64,000 nucleotides of DNA from Neocallimastix sp. 'constans' (taxonomy: Eukaryota). Below, in pieces: positions 58,943 to 64,000 of this stretch (its first letter is position 1; the number at the start of each line of letters is the position of its first letter). The notes under the pieces are model-generated. The model searched no databases and was not told where the DNA came from. It saw only the letters and a program-made list of their open reading frames with translations. The stretch is from positions 1 through 64,000 of the forward strand of contig JBODTK010000154.1 in assembly GCA_050613775.1 (NCBI GenBank). Direction: 5' to 3'. Made by a program: the position numbers and the translations under genes.

Positions 58943-60322
58943 TTAAATTATTTCGTCATTTACTTCAGCACCATCTCCATTTCTATTTATATTATTATTA
59001 AGAGGTATTGTTGGCTTATTATTACCACTATTGCTTTTTGATGATGCAATATCAGAAGTAGATGTAGAAGGAGCAGAAGAAGTAGTAGGTGCAGTAGTAG
59101 CACTACCACCTCCAAAAATGGTTTTTCTTTTAATTACAAGTAAACCAACAATAAAGATAGTTACCAAAACACTCATTAATATGTTTAGTTTTCTCCACCA
59201 TTTTTCATTTTCAGCAATCTTATGCTTTTCAAATTCTTCAATACCAGACATAAAGTTAACATTAATTGCTTCTGGAGATTCACCAACACCACCAAGTCCC
59301 CAATTCCATGAATCATTATTTTCTGGATCATCTAATTTACTAAATTCTACATGAAGTCCACTTGTATTACCATTATTTGTTTTATTTTTATTTGATTTAG
59401 CTTTCCATTCACGATCTGATGATCCTCCTTTAGAAGATTTTTTTATATTTTTACTAGTTTTACTACGCTGAATTTCGGCTTCAACCGTGTTATCTTTTCT
59501 AAATTGAAAGAAAGCACCAACATACCAAAGTGGGAAGAAGAGAAAACCTAAGAAGAAAAGATAGGCACCAATAGGTACTTGAGACCACCATGTTTTACTA
59601 AATATCTTTCTTCTATTACCATTTGAATCACGAAATAAAGTACCCTTCTTTTTTTCAATAGGCATTGGTATACTGAAGTCAAGATTCATATTTGTTCTCT
59701 TACCAAAACTTTGTGGTTCCTGATAACGCTTACCATTGGCACCAAGACCTTGGGCATTGGAAAGAGTAGTAATTCTAGATACTCTATCAGGGGAATGTTC
59801 ACGAATATATTTTCTTTCTTCTTTTAAAGCCTCATTCCACATAGCATTAACTTCTTTACGAATTATTGTAGTTGCTGGTCTTTCTACCTTTTTTTTGGAT
59901 AAATTTCTTCTTAATTGGTTTGTTATTTTTTCCTCTTTATTGTCTTTATCTTTCTCTTTCTTTTCCTTTTTACTTTTAGAAGTAAGGTTATCTCTCAATT
60001 TTCCAAAATTTCTTTTAGATTTTTGATCCTATAATTATTATAATAATAATAACAATAAATGATATGTATATTTAAGTATATAAAATTAATACAAATTCAT
60101 AAAAAAATAAATATTCATATATATATTATTTTAATATATAAAATAACATATTTCATTTTAATAAAATAAAATTAATATCATCAATACAAAAATTTATTAT
60201 ATTAAGATACTACTAATTCCTATTTTCAAAAATACACTTTTACGTATACTAACCCCACCATCATTACTAAGAAATGAGGAGCTTGGATATAAAACTTTTT
60301 CATCAATGCCAAAGTATTCCAT
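58943..60322 (-). CDS. Uncharacterised membrane protein (~384 aa), 2 exons
   Basis: Exon 60322-60254 (MEYFGIDEKVLYPSSSFLSNDGG, donor GTTAGT) splices in frame to 60028-58943. Hydrophobic segments YLFFLGFLFFPLWYVGAFF and ILMSVLVTIFIVGLLVI. Confidence 0.75.
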
Positions 60323-60557
60323 AGTGGTATATTTTTAAATATTATATATATATATACTTATTTTTTATAATTATTTAATTATTCTAATTGAATTTTAAAA
60401 ATAGTTGAATTTTTGCGTTTACTAAAAATTTATTATTTTTTCTTTTAAAAAAAAAAAGATATTTTTATTTTTTATTAAATAAAAATATAGCTCCGAATAT
60501 CTTTTTAATTAAAAAAGAAAAAAAAAGAAAAATATTATTGTTTAACTATGATTTTTA

Positions 60558-60597
<40 letters not shown>

Positions 60598-62293
60598 TAT
60601 TATTTCTTTTTTATTTTATTTGCTTTTATTGAAAAAATAAATTTTTATTTCTATATATATTTCTTTTTTTGATATTTAAACTTTTTTATAATTATAATTT
60701 TCTATGTTTTTTTTTTTTTTTTTTTTTTGAAATAGATGAGTTTCTTTTTTTTTTTTTTTTTAGTTTTATCCTTTTTTTATTGCATAGCTATGTTTATATT
60801 GTTTATAATTTTATTATTCCATTCGTTTATTAAATATAATTTTATTAATATTTTGATATTATTTTTGTTTAGCGTTTTTTAAATATATTTTGATTTTTAT
60901 TATATAATTATATGTTTATAGTATTAAGCTTTTGGGTAAAAAAATACTAAATTTTATTCTCTAAAATTATAAAAGGTTTTAAAACTTTAACCATTTAAAA
61001 ATATGCGTACACTTTTCTTTTGAAAATAAAAAAAATAAAACAAAAAAAAAAAAAGTAAATTATAAAAAAACAATAAAATATAACTTTCAAAGAAAAATAA
61101 ATATTTTTCTTAATTTTTTTTTATTTTAAATTTTAATTTTAAATAAAAACAAAATAAAGGAAATTACTATAATATTTATATAAAAGGAAAATATAATAAT
61201 TTTTTTTTTTAAAAAACAATAAAAAAAAATAAAGCTTTATTATTATTAGTCAATACATAACAATAGAAAAATAAAATAAAAGTTTAGAATCAAAAACTAA
61301 AAAATAAAAAGAAGAATAAAAAAAAAAATTTTTTTATATTTATTTGGTATTTAATTTTAATTACTAATATAATTATAAAAAAAAAGGTTTAATATAAAAT
61401 GTTAAATATTAAACATTTAATATAATAATTTTAATCTTTAAAAAAACAATAAATATATATTATATATATATTTTATTATGTACTTAATATCAATAAATAC
61501 AATAAAATAAAATTAAAATTAAAATGCTTGATATAACACATAATAAGTGATGTATATAAATTAAATATATTAATTATTAATAAAATTCAATACAATTAAT
61601 ATATAAATATATAATATATTAATATAAATCCTTTGCATATTTGTAATAAATTAATAATATATAAAAATATTATTATTTATAATTCATATAAACTCTAATT
61701 TATAATAATAATAGCTGTTTAGAATTATAATATATATATGTATTATTTAATTATAAATAAAATATAAAGTAAGAATATACTGAATTATACACTGTTTTTA
61801 ATTTAAAATGGAGTTTATATTTTATTTAAAATTAATATACATGAACAATAGTACAATATCATATATTATTGTATATATATTATACAATCCATTGATTATT
61901 ACAAAGTGAACGGCATCTTTTTAATTATATATGAAATTTAGTTTAGGGAATATAAATTTTAATTGACAAAAAAAATTAAATTTACATATATAATAAATTT
62001 TAATGGTACAAATGTTTTTTTAACTTTTTCTAATTTAATTGTGTTAATTAATTTAATATATTAATATGGATTTAAATATGAACTTTAAATATTAGAAAAT
62101 AAAACTTATTTAAAAAATATTTAAATTAAGCTTTTTAAAATATCTTTATATATCATACTCTAAATATCCATATTAACAAAAAAAAAAAAATTATTTATAT
62201 ATATATATTTAAGATTATGTAACAGAGTCAAATGTAAAGAAATTTTTACATTATGTAATACGTCAAACATTACTTTTTAATAGTAGTAAAAAA

Positions 62294-62412
62294 TGAAATT
62301 GAAATTGAAATTGAAATTGAAATTGAAATTGAAATTGAAATTGAAATTGAAATTGAAATTGAAATTGAAATTGAAATTGAAATTGAAATTGAAATTGAAA
62401 TTGAAATTGAAA
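62294..62412. repeat. (GAAATT)n hexanucleotide microsatellite
   Basis: About 20 perfect units are visible; source of the FQFQ ORF. Confidence 0.95.
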
Positions 62413-62972
62413 TTGAAATTGAAATTGAAATTGGTGATAATTTATATAAATTAAGAGTATTAATAAAAAATAAAATAACAAATTAAGAAATTGAATTATA
62501 AGTTCATTCATTTAATGATTTTAAATATTAATTAATTATATTATTGTAAATTAAAAGTTTCATAATATTATGGGTTATATTTTAAAAAATTTTAGATATT
62601 TATGTATATATATAAAAGTCATGTTAAAAAAATTAAATAATTTAAAAGGAAAAATAATTATAGCCATAATATTGATAATTGTTATGAATTAATTATTTGA
62701 ATTATAATAAAAAAGTTAACTTTGATATGTTATTTATTTTTTGAAAAAAAAATTCTTTTATAATTTAAATGAGTTATATATAATATATGAATTATTTGAA
62801 TTACTTGAATTATATATTATATGTAATGTGTAAAAATTATACTAAATATTTAAATCATATTTTAAGTATTTACTTTTTATTATAATTAGTTATAATTGAA
62901 TAAATAAGAATTTTCTTATTTGATATTTGTTAAATTCTAAAAGAATTAACTTTTTTAATAACTTTTTTAATA

Positions 62973-63024
<52 letters not shown>

Positions 63025-64000
63025 GTATTAGTTAAGAACTATATATGAAAAAGTAATTATATTTTTCACTATTTAGATATTTTTTTATTTTATTTTTAAT
63101 TTCAGATTAAGTCTAGTTTTAATATTTTTTTAATAAATTAATAAATAAATTAATAAATAAATAGATAAATAAATAAATATATATAAATAATGGAGACCTC
63201 CTCTCACGATAATTTATAAATTTATAATTGTGGTTTAATAGTAAATCATGTCAATCTGGTTTTATCAGATTTTTTATTTTAATATGTAACAAAATTAAAT
63301 AAAATTAAAATTTATATATAAAATATATTGATAATATTTTGCTAGTATAGTTCATTATACATTTAATTTTTTAAATAATAATTTTTTTTTTATTGATTAA
63401 AAAAAAAAAAAAAAAAAAAATTAATTAAAATTTGAGTTTAATATATTTATTAATCTTTTAAATTTGAATGTACGCAATTACCATATTTAGTAAATCATTA
63501 TAAAAATTATATTTTATATTAAAATCTTTGAGTATCATTGGAAAAATAATTTTTTTAATAAAAAAAGGAAATTATATTTTTTAAGAAAAAATTAATGTTA
63601 CACGAAATTAAAAAAATAACAATAGAATAAATATTTTAACTATTTTTAATATCAATAATGTAAAATATTCATAAACAATTAAAATAATAAACCAATTTTT
63701 AATAATGCTTATAAATCTTCTTTATAAAAAAAAAATTGAAAAAAATTTTTTGAATAAAGAAAAATAAAAATAAAATAAAAAAAAATAAAAATAAAATAAA
63801 AATAAAATAAAAATAAAAATAAAAATAAAATTAAAATAAAATAAAAATAAAATAAAAATAAAATAAAAATTAAAATTAAAATAAAATAAAATAAGAATAT
63901 AAAAAATAATAATAAATAAATAAATATTTAGAACTATTTATTTATTTATTGGTTGATTATTGAATTTATAATATATTTATAAAGTATTTTAAATAAGATT

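Noticed and set aside
62263..62511. FQ-repeat ORF
   Set aside because: (GAAATT)n microsatellite translation.

Overview
Extremely AT-rich, intron-containing eukaryotic DNA. Fungal non-catalytic dockerins (CBM10-type) fused to GH6 cellulases point strongly to an anaerobic gut fungus (Neocallimastigomycota). Spliced genes were rebuilt by hand from GT-AG sites with reading-frame continuity. In order, the genes are: the 5' part of a class II DAHP synthase (-); a P2-type cation ATPase with a ~215-aa N-terminal extension (+, 3 exons); a 10-exon low-complexity hypothetical gene (-); a degraded Cys-rich membrane-protein gene; two almost identical intronless dockerin-dockerin-GH6 genes in convergent orientation, plus a third decayed copy; YSH1/CPSF73 (+, 12 exons); a C-terminal J-domain membrane protein with an organelle-targeting-like leader; a decayed bacterial-type amino-acid substrate-binding protein gene; an Asn-rich type I membrane protein; and an uncharacterised two-TM protein (-). 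A transposon-rich block at 15.6-21.6 kb holds a Mutator-like transposase relic and several elements with GTTGCATTTCG terminal inverted repeats. A three-copy dispersed repeat, long palindromes and many microsatellites are also present. I found no clearly new multi-gene system. The best leads are apparent gene conversion between the inverted GH6 genes, a 16-bp element conserved upstream of all three GH6 copies, the TIR element family, and the relic of the bacterial binding-protein gene.
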